Shown: in pieces, positions 1 through 15,754 of the stretch
Numbering within the stretch: position 1 is the stretch's first letter
Layout: every line of letters begins with the position of its first letter
NCBI RefSeq assembly: GCF_009914755.1
Contig: NC_060931.1
Source: the human T2T-CHM13v2.0 reference genome, Homo sapiens
Length of the DNA stretch: 64,000 nucleotides
Direction: 5' to 3' (one strand)
Notes under the pieces: generated by a model
Seen by the model: the letters and a program-made list of their open reading frames with translations, nothing else
What the model was told of the DNA's origin: nothing
The model's database searches: none
Program-made: the position numbers and the translations under genes

Positions 1-340
1 AACATTAATGAAAGGAAGAGGGTGGGAAGGATTAGATAAAGGAGGAAGTTTATCTGGAATTTAGTTGCAACAGATACCCATTAACTTGGTGGAGCACTTG
101 AGTAAATACTATCCATCAGAGTCTTCTCTGTGTGAGCCAAAATAGCTGGTTTTATACCTGTCGACCATTTAGTCACTGAACATAGGATGTCCTGCGTGAC
201 TTTAGGCAAGGTCACTCATTGAAACTGAGGCTGACTCTAAAGGAAACAGCGGGAGAGCTTTCTGCTGTTAGCACTATTAATAGCTGAACAAGTTCATTCT
301 GAAAGGTAATTTGGATTTTGCATCTTTTATGTCTCTCACA
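1..340. mobile_element. Highly diverged LTR fragment, probably ERVL class
   Basis: Motifs such as 'gctggtttttatacc' and 'gcgtgactttaggcaagg...gaaactgaggc' resemble old ERVL-class LTRs from memory. Boundaries and family are uncertain. Confidence 0.35.
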
Positions 341-389
341 TCCAGGTTCTCTACAAAACAGATCTTGAGGCAAAGACTAAAAGAAGCTA

Positions 390-2060
390 AGAACATTATG
401 CCAAGTGAAATAAGTCAGGTGTAGAAGGACAAATATCGTGTCATCTCTACTGGTTTTATTTATTACATGATTTTCATTCTTATTTCCTTTTGTTACTTCT
501 GTTTACTTTTCATTTACTTCTATTTACTTGTGGATTAATTTGCTCTTCATTTTATACTTTCATTAGATGAAAGTTAAAATCATGGATTTTACATTTTTTC
601 CCTTAAAATGGGCATTTGAGGCTTTAGGACATCATTAAATAAATTCAATAATGTCCATGTGCTGCTTTTATTTCATTTATATTACAACATTTCCTATTTT
701 TTTCTTGTCATTTAAAATATGAATCACATATTAATAAGTGAATTGCTTAATTTCAAAATATATTGAGATTATTTTTATTTCCCAATTTAATTTTATTGTG
801 GCCAAAGAGCATGATCTGTATGATATTGGTCCTTTAAAATTTATTGAGACTTATTTTATGATTCAGCATATGGTCTGTCTAGATGAATACTTCATGGGCA
901 CATCTAAAAGTTTTGAATATGTTCATTTTAGTATGTAGTATTCTATAAGTCTCTGTGAGGTAAATATTTTCACAGTGTTATTCATATCCCATCTGTTTGC
1001 ACTTTTTAATTTTATTGTTCTATCAATTACTGTAAGATGAGAGTTATGATCTCCAACTATTCCATGAATTTGCTTATTACTCTTCTTAGTCTATTCTGTT
1101 TTATATAGTTTGAAACTCTTTATTAGGTGCACACATATTTAAGATTAGTATGTCTTCTCAATGAATTGCAATATGAAGGCCCTATTTATCTTGGTAATAT
1201 TTCTTGTACTGAAATATATTAGTTTTATATTAAAAAACATAAACCTACCTTAATATGCTTAGTGTTTTCATGTTTTATACATATATATATGTTCTAGTCT
1301 TTTATAATCAATGTCTATTATTTATTGATTTATTGAATTAAAATGTGTCACTTGTAGATATATTTAGTGCTTGCTTTGTTATCCAAATAGACAATTACTG
1401 CCTTTTAGTGGTAGAATTTAGTTAATGTATATTTCATATAAATACTGTTATAGAAAGATGAGTCTAACATCTAGGTATTTGTTTTCTATTTTTTTCACTT
1501 TATAATGTTTTCAACTCTCTCTTGATTTTTTAAAAAAATATTTTCTCATACTTCTTTCAGAAAGTTTTAGTGGTTGCTGTGGTGAATAATATATGCATGT
1601 TTAATTTATCATAGTCTGTTTTCAAATAATATTATATTACTTTGTAGTGATATAAGAACCTTTGAGCAAAAACTAAAATTTCACTTATCTTCTTCACATC
1701 ATTTATACTCCTGTTCTCTTATCTTTGAGATCTATATATATTATAAGCCCCATGAATTCATTGTATTCATTTTATTTTTATTATTTTTGATTTTATTTTA
1801 GATTGTTGATAAACTTTAAAATAATTTTACTTGTGCATATGCATATAAATTAGATATATAATTTGTTTTTTAAAAATATATGCACCCTATATTTAATCTT
1901 TCTCATGCATTTTACCTTATCTTATACATCCCAGTCCAGGTGAAAAATTAATGTCTATTATCTTACTTAATCCCATGATGAGATACTTTCAGATTCTACT
2001 AAATTAAAATTCTTATAGCAGTATACAACTAAAATCTTAAATATCTCTCTTTTTTCACTT
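390..2060 (-). mobile_element. Ancient L1M (mammalian-wide) fragments, mostly antisense
   Basis: T-rich degenerate L1 antisense motifs ('tttaaaatttattgagactt', 'atctccaactat', 'ttattaggtgcacacatattt'). A short sense L1M 3' motif lies at ~390-450 ('aacattatgccaagtgaaataagtcag...aaggacaaata'). Confidence 0.55.
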
Positions 2061-2077
2061 TAGAAATAGTTTAGTTA

Positions 2078-2980
2078 GAGGGAGGAGCCAAGATGGCCGA
2101 ATAGGAACAGCTCCGGTCTACAGCTCCCAGCGTGAGCGACGCAGAAGACGGGTGATTTCTGCATTTCCACCTGAGGTACTGGGTTCATCTCACTAGGGAG
2201 TGCCAGACAGTGGGCGCAGGTCAGTGGGTGCGCGCACCGTGCGCGAGCCGAAGCAGGGCGAGGCATTGCCTCACTTGGGAAGCACAAGGGGTCAGGGAGT
2301 TCCCTGAGTCAAAGAAAGGGGTGACGGACGGCACCTGGAAAATAGGGTCACTCCCACCCGAATACTGCGCTTTTCCGACGGGCTTAAAAAACGGCGCACC
2401 ACGAGATTATATCCCGCACCTGGCTCGGAGGGTCCTACGCCCACAGAGTCTCACTGATTGCTAGCACAGCAGTCTGAGATCAAACTGCAAGGTGGCAGCC
2501 AGGCTGGGGGAGGGGTGCCCGCCATTGCCCAGGCTTGCTTAGGTAAACAAAGCAGCCGGGAAGCTCCAACTGGGTGGAGCCCACCACAGCTCAAGGAGGC
2601 CTGCCTGCCTCTGTAGGCTCCACCTCTGGGGGCAGGGCACACACAAACAAAAAGACAGCAGTAACCTCTGCAGACTTAAATGTCCCTGTCTGACAGCTTT
2701 GAAGAGAGCAGTGGTTCTCCCAGCACGTAGCTGGAGATCTGAGAACAGGCAGACTGCCTCCTCAAGTGGGTCCCTGACCCCTGACCCCTGAGCAGCCTAA
2801 CTAGGAGGCACCCCCCAGCAGGGGCACACTGACACCTCACACAGCAGGGTACTCCAACAGACCTGCAGCTCAGGGTCCTCTCTGTTAGAAGGAAAACTAA
2901 CAAACAGAAAGGACATCCTCACCAAAAACCCATCTGTACATCACCATCATCAAAGACCAAAAGTAGATAAAACAACAAAG
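2078..2980 (+). promoter_or_regulatory. L1 5'UTR internal sense promoter and antisense promoter; YY1 site
   Basis: CpG-rich 5'UTR; YY1 motif AAGATGGCC at 2090-2098; antisense promoter position known from L1 biology. Activity is not demonstrable from sequence. Confidence 0.8.
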
Positions 2981-3996
2981 ATGGGGAAAAAACAGAACAG
3001 AAAAACTGGAAACTCTAAAAAGCAGAGCGCCTCTCCTCCTCCAAAGGAACGCAGTTCCTCACCAGCAACGGAACAAAGCTGGATGGAGAATGACTTTGGC
3101 GAGCTGAGAGAAGAAGGCTTCAGACGATCCAATTACTCTGAGCTACAGGAGGACATTCAAACCAAAGGCAAAGAAGTTGAAAACTTCGAAAAAAATTTAG
3201 AAGAATGTATAACTAGAATAACCAATACAGAGAAGTGCTTAAAGGAGCTGATGGAGCTGAAAACCAAGGCTCGAGAACTACGTGAAGAATGCAGAAGCCT
3301 CAGGAGCCGATGCGATCAACTGGAAGAAAGGGTATCAGCGATGGAAGATGAAATGAATGAAATGAAGCGAGAAGGGAAGTTTAGAGAAAAAAGAATAAAA
3401 AGAAATGAGCAAAGCCTCCAAGAAATATGGGACTATGCGAAAAGACCAAATCTGCATCTGATTGGTGTACGTGAAAGTGATGGGGAGAATGGAACCAAGT
3501 TGGAAAACACTCTGCAGGATATTATGCAGGAGAACTTCCCCAATCTAGCAAGGCAGGCCAACGTTCAGATTCAGGAAATACAGAGAACGCCACAAAGATA
3601 TTCCTCGAGAAGAGCAACTCCAAGACACATAATTGTCAGATTCACCAAAATTGAAATGAAGGAAAAAATGTTAAGGGAAGCCAGAGAGAAAGGTCGGGTT
3701 ACCCTCAAAGGGAAGCCCATCAGACTAACAGCGGATCTCTCGGCAGAACCCTACAAGCCAGAAGAGAGTGGGGGCCAATATTCAACATTCTTAAAGAAAA
3801 GAATTTGCAACCCAGAATTTCATATCCAGCCAAACTAAGCTTCATAAGTGAAGGAGAAATAAAATACTTTACAGACAAGCAAATGCTGAGAGATTTTGTC
3901 ACCACCAGACCTGCCCTAAAAGAGCTCCTGAAGGAAGCACTAAACATGGAAAGGAACAACCGGTACCAACCACTGCAAAATCATGCCGAAATGTAA
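2981..3996 (+). pseudogene. L1 ORF1p (RNA-binding chaperone), frameshifted
   Basis: MGKKQNRKTGNSKKQSASPPP...REKG. A 1-bp deletion at ~3748 (gcagaaccctac vs consensus gcagaaaccctac) splits it; the C-terminus is in ORF 3805-3996 (…YPAKLSF…NHAEM). Confidence 0.95.
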
Positions 3997-4035
3997 AGAC
4001 CATCGAGACTAGGAAGAAACTGCATCAACTAATGA

Positions 4036-7886
<3,851 letters not shown>

Positions 7887-8111
7887 ACAATCAGATCACA
7901 TGGACACAGGAAGGGGAATATCATACTCTGGGGACTGTTGTGGGGTGGGGGGAGGGGGGAGGGATAGCATCGGGAGATATACCTAATGCTAGATGACGAG
8001 TTAGTGGGTGCAGCGCACCAGCATGGCACATGTATACATATGTAACTAACCTGCACAATGTGCACATGTACCCTAAAACTTAAAGTATAATAAAAAAAGA
8101 AAAAGAAAAAA

Positions 8112-8600
8112 GACTCAAATCAGGCGATTGTTAAATTGTATCTATATGCTTGATTTGTTTATTTTTAAAGGACATGGCCATGCCTTGATTAAACCATAGA
8201 GGTAAATGAACTCATCTTTGAATGCTCAGTTGCTTTGAGTGCCTTCTATGTGCCAGATCCTATGTTCTCTGCTGAGAGTGGCCTGGAGAGTGTCAACTGC
8301 AGGTTTGCGACCACGGGCTCCCTGCCCAGCAGGATCTCCCACCCAGCCACAGACACAAGGAAGACGGAGCCACCTCTTCTCCTGCCATAATCTCCCCGCA
8401 TTTGAAGCCTCTGTCTCTGCTGGGAAGACCTAAGAAGGCTATGTCTACAGCTGCCTTAAAGCTATTAATTTTTAAAAGCCATTCCATGAGAGACCTCAAA
8501 AGTCACCTACCTGGCCAAGATCTAGCCTTAATCGACAATTGATTATCTTTGAAACCAACAAGGCAATAAATCATTAATTCATAATTTGAAAAAAAAAAAA
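8112..8600 (+). other. L1 3' transduction (~477 bp non-L1 DNA) with AATAAA (8565-8570) and second poly(A) (8589-8600)
   Basis: Lies between the L1 poly(A) and the right-hand copy of the TSD AGAAATAGTTTAGTTA (2062-2077 and 8600-8615). Confidence 0.93.
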
Positions 8601-10256
8601 GAAATAGTTTAGTTAAAGAACATCTTCATAAAGTAAAATAATGAGGAATCTGGCTGGGCGTCTTACCAAGGTTCAAGGGTGTCCAGTGTGTGGGAGGCAC
8701 ACACTCTTGTCTATGAATAGGCATTTTCTGGTAATTTGGTGAACTCAGCATGTTTTTTTAATCAGTGGTTAGGGGCTTGTATTTCTAGACATAATGAATG
8801 TATCCATAGAAAAAAATATGCAAGTGAAGTTCAAGTATGTGGGTGAATGGGAAAGCATACTTACATTTGTTAAACAGATTTTTAAAAGTCACTTAAATAA
8901 AACTTAGTATCCAGAACTTGGAAAATGAAGAGTTGGCACAAAAACTTTGGTTTTCGGTGCAGCAGAACATGCCAGGTTCCTGGGACCCTAACTAAGCTGT
9001 CTGCCCCTACTTTCTGCCTATGCACTGCCTTGTCTAGACAGAGCGATAGAGTTCATTATCAAGATTAAGAGAATACAGAGATATGCTCTGATGGAACAGA
9101 AATTATGTTTATTAGTTTTCAGACATAAAGGTTCTACATAGGGAGCAAGAGAAAGCTGACTTAGATGAGATATTGCTCAAAATGAAACTATCATATGGGG
9201 AAACAACTAAATTCTACCACAAAACACACTGAAGACTAGGCCAATGTGCACTGGCACTTTCAGCTGGAAAAACAGGCTCTTTAAATTTGAGGGTAGAAAG
9301 ACTTTTTCATATTAATTAGGCAGTGTGCTGGAGATTCCATATCACCCTTTCACCTTTCTACATTCTGTCATGAGAACCGGAAGCCTGACATCCGTGGTTT
9401 GCTTCAACTTTGCTGTTTTGCCTACTAGCTCACAGTTTAGAAAAGCTTATAAAAGGTATTAGAAGGAGACCAGAATAAGAAGAAGAAGTTGGGGCATTTA
9501 TTTTCATCGTGCCCTCTTTTGGACGTCAGACTGTTAGTAGTACTCTGTCTTTACTAAGGTCACATCTTCTGCCCTGCCATCTACTATGACATCTACAATT
9601 ATTTCTGGATTCTTGTAACCACTCCTTGTCTTTGCTTTTGCAAGCCTAAGGATTGGTAACAGCTTTCCACTATTTCTAGGCCAGTGGTGCTTCAGCATCT
9701 TTTTGGGATTTCCTTTCGCTTTGAAGTTTTTGTCATTGTTGTTGCTTTTCTTAAATCTCTTTAATAAATATAGTTAAAATTATTTTATTAAATTTTCTTT
9801 AATAATTTTATTTTTGTGTGTGTCATCTGTTTTACATCAGGACCAGACTGAAAAAATATTAATTGTAATAGTGACATGAAGAAATAGATTTTCAAAATGA
9901 AATTTAAAAATCGAGTTACTCATTCCTTGAAAAAAGGAAAGGAGACACTTTATTAATGGCTTGAGTGGTAGTTCACAATTACTTACATCATCACTTGTGG
10001 TAACATGGGATGCCACTCTGGTAGAGTTCAAGGCATTGAGAGACCAAGTGCTTGAGCAGTCAGTCATCATCACAGTAGTGATGATAACACTGATTGTGCC
10101 ATGATTGTTTAATGTCTCTGGGGAGAACACATGTAACATGAAATTAATGGATAACTTGAATGGACATCTCTGGGCACAGGTGAAAAAAAATCGTAGGCTT
10201 TTGACAGCAGTGAATGGTTCTACAAAGAAGCTGTGGCTAAATCATCAAGCAAACAC

Positions 10257-10680
10257 TGTATTAGGCCATTCCTGCATTGCTATAAAAAAATACCCAAAGA
10301 TGGATAATTTACCAAAAAAAAGTTTTAATAGGCTTATGGTTCTGCAGGCTGTACAGAAAGCATGGTGCTGACACCTGCGCGGCTTCTGGTGAGGTCTTGG
10401 GAAGCTTTACTCATGGCAGAAGGCAAATCAGGAGGAGGCAATTCACATGGCAAGAGGAGAAGTAAGCGAGAGAGAAAGGAGAAGCCCCAGATTCTTTTAA
10501 ACAAAAGGATCTTGTGTGAACTAACAGCAGGAAATCACTTATCACCAGGAGGATGGTGTTTAGCTATTCATGAGAGATCTGTCCCCATTATCTAGTCACC
10601 TCCCACTGGGTCCTACCTATGACATTGGGAGTCACATTTCAACATGAGATTTGGAGGGAATGAACATCCAAACCGTATCA
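10257..10680. mobile_element. MaLR solo LTR (MSTA/MSTB type) inserted in the ERV-L remnant
   Basis: TGTATTAGGCCATT…CATGGCAGAAGGCAAA…CAACATGAGATTTGGAGGG…AAACCGTATCA; TG…CA ends. TSD not clean. Confidence 0.85.
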
Positions 10681-11821
10681 CAGGCCTAATGGTAAGGGTC
10701 ACAGTGTTATAGTGCCAGTTAAGTTAAATGTTAAACCACTCCAGAACCCTTATGCTAAGCTTGAGAAATGTGAAACTCGAAACATGGGTTGAATATATTT
10801 GGGTAGACAGAGATTAGGCAGATGACTCTGACCTCTCAAGTTCTCCTGCGCTTTTTTGCTTTTTCTGCCAGGAATAGCAGCCTTCTCTTTACCCATTCTA
10901 CATATCCTCTAGGGGAGGTCAAAATTTTATATTACCTGTTGTAATTTGTAACAAAATTGCAAAATTTTACATTACCTCGTACAGTTTCTTCACTAGAGAA
11001 AGCCAGCTATATTTGTAACTTTTCTCTCTATTTCCCCTTGCCTCTGATCCCATAATAAGAGTTAGGTCCTATCATAACAAAGAGGAAGAGGTACAAGGAG
11101 GCAATCTCCTATATGTACTAACTGAGTGGTAGATCTTTTCAGCAACTATAGGGTACATGTTGTAGAAGTGCAGTCTAACTATATTAGATAAAAGAGGATT
11201 TTTTTCCTAGTCAAATGTACATTATGGTGCCCCCCCCACACACACACAAAATCTGTAGTTAGCATGCTTTCTTGAGCTTCAGAAAATAGAATTAACAATG
11301 TGTTGGTGTCATAGATTAATTCCTAGACTTAAATGTGGTCTACAGTAAATGAGATAGAAGTGCTGTAATTTTCTAGACGCACTGCAGATGTCTTAAAGTT
11401 TTCAGTGATGTTTCTATTAAGATTAACGTATTATGTGCAACCACTCAGATACCACCTCATTATATTCCTTAGAAGATCAGGAAGACACACCCTGTTCAAG
11501 ACACTAAGAAATGTTTTGGTAAAGGGAGCTCCAGAATCCTTTAAATGATTTGTCATTGCTTTTTTTGTTTTTTTGTCTGTAAGAGAAGCATGATGGTGGG
11601 AGATGACATAATAAAATACAGCTCCCTGATTTCAAGGAAATAATGTACTTTACAGTGGTAGAGGCTATATGACTTTGCTTATCCATAGACAGCAAAGCAG
11701 AAAGTTGCCTAAACAAAATGTTTTGAAAAGCAGTGATCTTCAGTGATAGCTAATGGAGTACAGTGTTCTGAGGTATGCAAGTGATAGGTAGATCAAAGAA
11801 ACTTGATCTATGTGAGGGAAG

Positions 11822-11822
<1 letters not shown>

Positions 11823-11859
<37 letters not shown>
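11823..11859. repeat. (TG)18 microsatellite
   Basis: Direct reading. Confidence 0.97.
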
Positions 11860-11863
<4 letters not shown>

Positions 11864-12559
11864 GTAGTGAATATGTCTCGAGTCACCATGTCACCATTGT
11901 GGAAATTTATATCTTCTTACCCAGGTATCAGTTCACATAACCAGATGACCACCATGAACACAAGACCAGATACTTTTCAAAAAGGTTCCTGCAATGGGAT
12001 TTTAAATGTGAAATTTCATCTAAGTTTTCAAATACAAACCTGAGACCATTAACTATGGTTACTGTGCAGTGACAAAAAGGAAACATAGGTCTGACAGGGC
12101 ATATATAAACAGTGGCTCTGAAATACTACTAAGCATCACAAAACTGAAACACCATCACGGTGCACAGAAAGGGAATTTACTGACTCCTGTGCTGATTTCA
12201 TCACACTGTGGATTCCCTGTGGGATTTATCTTTGTGGTTTTCCCTTGATTATCAGACTGTGCACTGATAATAGATACATCATATAACCAGCAGAATCCCC
12301 AACATGGTTCCCTGACACATGAAGTGAGTCCTGTTATGGCAGAAAGAAACTGAAGCTGACACTCACACCTGCCACTTATTCTCATCCCAAAAAAGATAGT
12401 GAGACAATATAAATAAATAAATAAATAAATAAATAAAAAAAAAAGAAAGAAAAGAAAAAAAAGTTGCATTATTAGGGGGATTTGCAGAGATTAACACTGA
12501 TATTAATAACTTGGAAGAATCATTTTTAGAGATTTTTACTACATCCCCAGTTAAATCAT

Positions 12560-12701
12560 CCCACTTATGAGTGAGAACATGCGGTAATATAATGTACATG
12601 ATGAGTTAATCGGTGCAGCAAACCAACACAGCACAGGTACACATATGTAACCAACCTGCACATTGTGCAGATGCACCCTAGAACTTAAAGTATAAAAACA
12701 A
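12560..12701. mobile_element. Tiny L1PA 3' fragment: ~27-bp antisense 3'UTR piece followed by ~100-bp sense 3' end
   Basis: 'cccacttatgagtgagaacatgcggt' (antisense), then 'atgatgagttaatcggtgcagcaaaccaac…agaacttaaagtataaaa' (sense). Confidence 0.75.
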
Positions 12702-12704
12702 AGA

Positions 12705-13320
12705 GTGCCTGTGGTCTATGTGCATAAGTGTATTTTTGTGGAAGCAGATGTCATTCTTTTGATTCAATGTTTAGCATTCCTTTTAGGACCTCTGGTAAGG
12801 CTAGTCTAGTAGAAATGATTTCCTTTTGCACTTGCTTCTCTGAGAAGAAGTTCGTTTCTTCTTCACTTATAACATTTAATTTGGCAGGATATGAAATTCT
12901 TGGTTGGAATTTCTTTACTTTAAGGATAAATAAAATAGGGTCCCAATCACTTCTGTCTTGTAAGGTTTCTGCTGAGAGTTCTGCTGTTAGCCTGATGAAT
13001 TCTCCTCTGTACTTGGCTTGACCCCTTTCTCTAGCTGCTTTTAAGATCTTTTTTTTTCTTTTCCATTGATCTAAGTGAATCTGATTACTATGTGCCTTGG
13101 GGATAGTCATCTTGTATAGTTTCTAGATGGGGTCCTCCATCTTTATTGGATTTGTATATGAATGTCTCTATTGAGATTATAGAAATTTTAATGAACTATA
13201 TTCTCAAATATATTTTTCAAGTTGCTTATTCTCTCCTTTTCCTTCTCATAAATGCTAATGAGTCACATATTGGGTCTCTATACATAATTCCATATTTCTT
13301 AAAGGTTTCAATTTTTTTCA
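12705..13320 (-). mobile_element. Older L1 (L1PB/old L1PA) ORF1 fragment
   Basis: ORF 12751-13110(-): KILKAARERGQ…IRLTAELSAETLQ…FQPRISYPAKL. Confidence 0.88.
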
Positions 13321-13350
13321 AATTTTTTTTATTATTTTACTTTAAGTTCG

Positions 13351-13528
13351 GGTTTAGATAGTATTCTAGGTACTTAAGAAAAAACGTGAACAAGACATAT
13401 ATGTTACAAGAGAGTTTAATTTCTAATTACAAAGTTATCCATATATACTTAAAAATGAAACTTCAATTATTATTAAATTTTATATATCATACAAGAGGCA
13501 GTATCAGAAATTAAACTACAAGTCCAGT
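13351..13528 (-). repeat. Inverted copy of unique sequence 24971-25148
   Basis: Manual alignment gives 175/178 identity in reverse complement. Confidence 0.95.
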
Positions 13529-15754
13529 TTATTTATTTTATTTTATTTTAAAATTTTACTTTAAGTTCGGGTTTACATGTGCAGAATGTGCAAGTTTGTT
13601 ACATAGGTACATATATGCCATGGTGGTTTGCTGCACCTGTCAACCCATCATCTAGGTTTTAAGCCCCACACACATTACGTATTTGTCCTCATGCTCTCCC
13701 TCCCCTTGCCAACCACCCCTCAACTGGCCCCGGTGTGTGTTGTTCTCCTCCCTGTGTCCATGTGTTCTCATTGTTCAACTCCCACTTATGAGTAAGAATA
13801 TATGGTGTTTGGCTTTCTGTTCCTGTGTAAGTTTGCTGAGGATTATGGCTTCCAGCTTCAACCATGTCCCTGCAAAGGACATGATCTCATTCTTTTTATG
13901 GCTGCATAGTATTCCATGGTGTATACGTTCCACATTTTCTTTATCCAGTCTATCATTGACGGACATTTGGGTTGGTTCTATGTTTTTGCTATTGTAAATA
14001 GTGCTGCAATAAACATACATGTGCATGCATCTTTATGGTAGAATAATCTATATTCCTTTAGGTACATACCCAGTAATGGGATTGCTGGGTCAAATGGTAT
14101 TTCTGATTCTAGATCTTTGAGGAATTGCCACACTGTCTCCCACAATGGTTGAACTAATTTACATTTCCACCAACAGTGTAAAAGCGTTCCTATTTCTCCA
14201 CATCCTCTCCAGCATCTGTTGTTTCCTGACTGTTGTTTAATAATTGCCATTCTCACTGGTGTGAGATGGTATCTCCTTGTGGTTTTGATTTGCTTTTTTC
14301 TAATGATCAGTGATGATGAGATTTTCTTCATATGTTTGTTGGCCACATAAATGTCTTCTTTTGAGAAGTGTCTGTTCATATCCTTTGCCCACTTTTTAAT
14401 GGGAATGTTTGTTTTTTTCTTTCAAATTTGTTTAAGTTCCTTGTAGATTCTGGATATTAGACCCTTGTTAGAAGGGTAGATTGTAAAAATTTTCTCCCAT
14501 TCTGCAGGTTGCCTGTTTACTCTGATGCTAGTTTCTTTTGCTGTGTGGGAGCTCTTTAATTAGATCCCATTTGTCAATTGTATCTTTTGTTGTAATGGCT
14601 TTTGGTGTTTTAGTCATGAAGTCTTTGCCCATACCTATGTCCTGAATGACATTGTCTAGGTTTTCTTCTAGGGATTTTATGGTTTTGGGTCTTACGTTTA
14701 AGTCTTTAATCCATCTTGAGTTAATTTTTGTATAAAGTGTAAGGAAGGGGTCTAGTTTCAGTTTTCTGCACATGGCTAGCCAGTTTTCCCAACACCATTT
14801 ATTAAATAAGGAACTCTTTCCCCATTGCTTGTTTTTGTCAGGTTTGTCGAAAATTAGATGGCTGTAGATGTGTGGTGTTATTTCTGAGGTCTCTGTTCTG
14901 TTCCATTGGTCTTTATGTCTGTTTTGGCACCCAGTACCATGCTGCTGTGGTTACTATAGCCTTGTAGTATAGTTTGAAGTCAGGTTGCATGATGCCTCCA
15001 GCTTTGTTCTTTTTGCTTAGGATTTTCTTGGCTATATGGGCTCTTTTTGGGTTCCATATGAAATTTAAAGTAGTTTTTTTCTAATTCTGTGAGGAAAGTT
15101 GATGGTAATAATATCGAATCTATAAATTAACTTGGGGAGTATGGCCATTTCATGACATTGATTCTTCCTATCCATAAGTATGGAATGTTTTTCCATTTTT
15201 TTGTGTTGTCACTTATTTCTTTGAGCTGTGGTTTGTAGTTCTCCTTGAAGAGGTCCTTCACATCCCTTGTAATCTGTATTCCTAGGTATTTTATTCTCCT
15301 TGTAGTAATAGTAATTGTGAATGGGAGTTCATTCATGATTTTGCTCTCTGCTTTTCCATTGTTGGTGTATGGGAATTCTTGTGATTTTTGCACATTGATT
15401 TTGTATCCTGAGACTTTGCTGAAGTTGCTCATCAACTTAAGGAGTTTGGGGACTGAAACAATGGGGTTTCTATATATAGGATCATGTCATCTGCAAACAG
15501 AGACAATTTGACTTCCTCTCTTCCTATTTGAATACCTTTTTTTCTTCTTCTTGCCTAAGTGTGTAGGCCAGAACTTCTAATACTATGTTGAACAGGAGGA
15601 GTGAGAGAGGGCATCCTTGTCTTGTGCTGGTTTTCAAAGGAAATGCTTCCAGCTTTTGCCCATTCAGTATGATATTGGCTATGGGTTTGTCATAAAGAGC
15701 TCTTATTATTTTGAGATATGTTCCATCAATACCTAGTTTATTGAGAGTTTTTAA

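Larger units (their letters stand above)
9320..12550 (+). mobile_element. Degenerate ERV-L provirus remnant: probable LTR (~9320-9850) plus gag/pol-like internal region
   Basis: ERVL-like internal motifs 'gtcctgttatggcagaaagaaactgaagc' and 'ggggatttgcagagattaacactgatattaataacttggaagaatc'. No ORF remains. Truncated at ~12550. Confidence 0.55.

Noticed and set aside
13351-13528. Second L1 3' transduction
   Set aside because: It ends in a duplicated L1 terminus rather than a new poly(A) plus TSD. Its donor is local, and the identity is too high for the age of the host L1.
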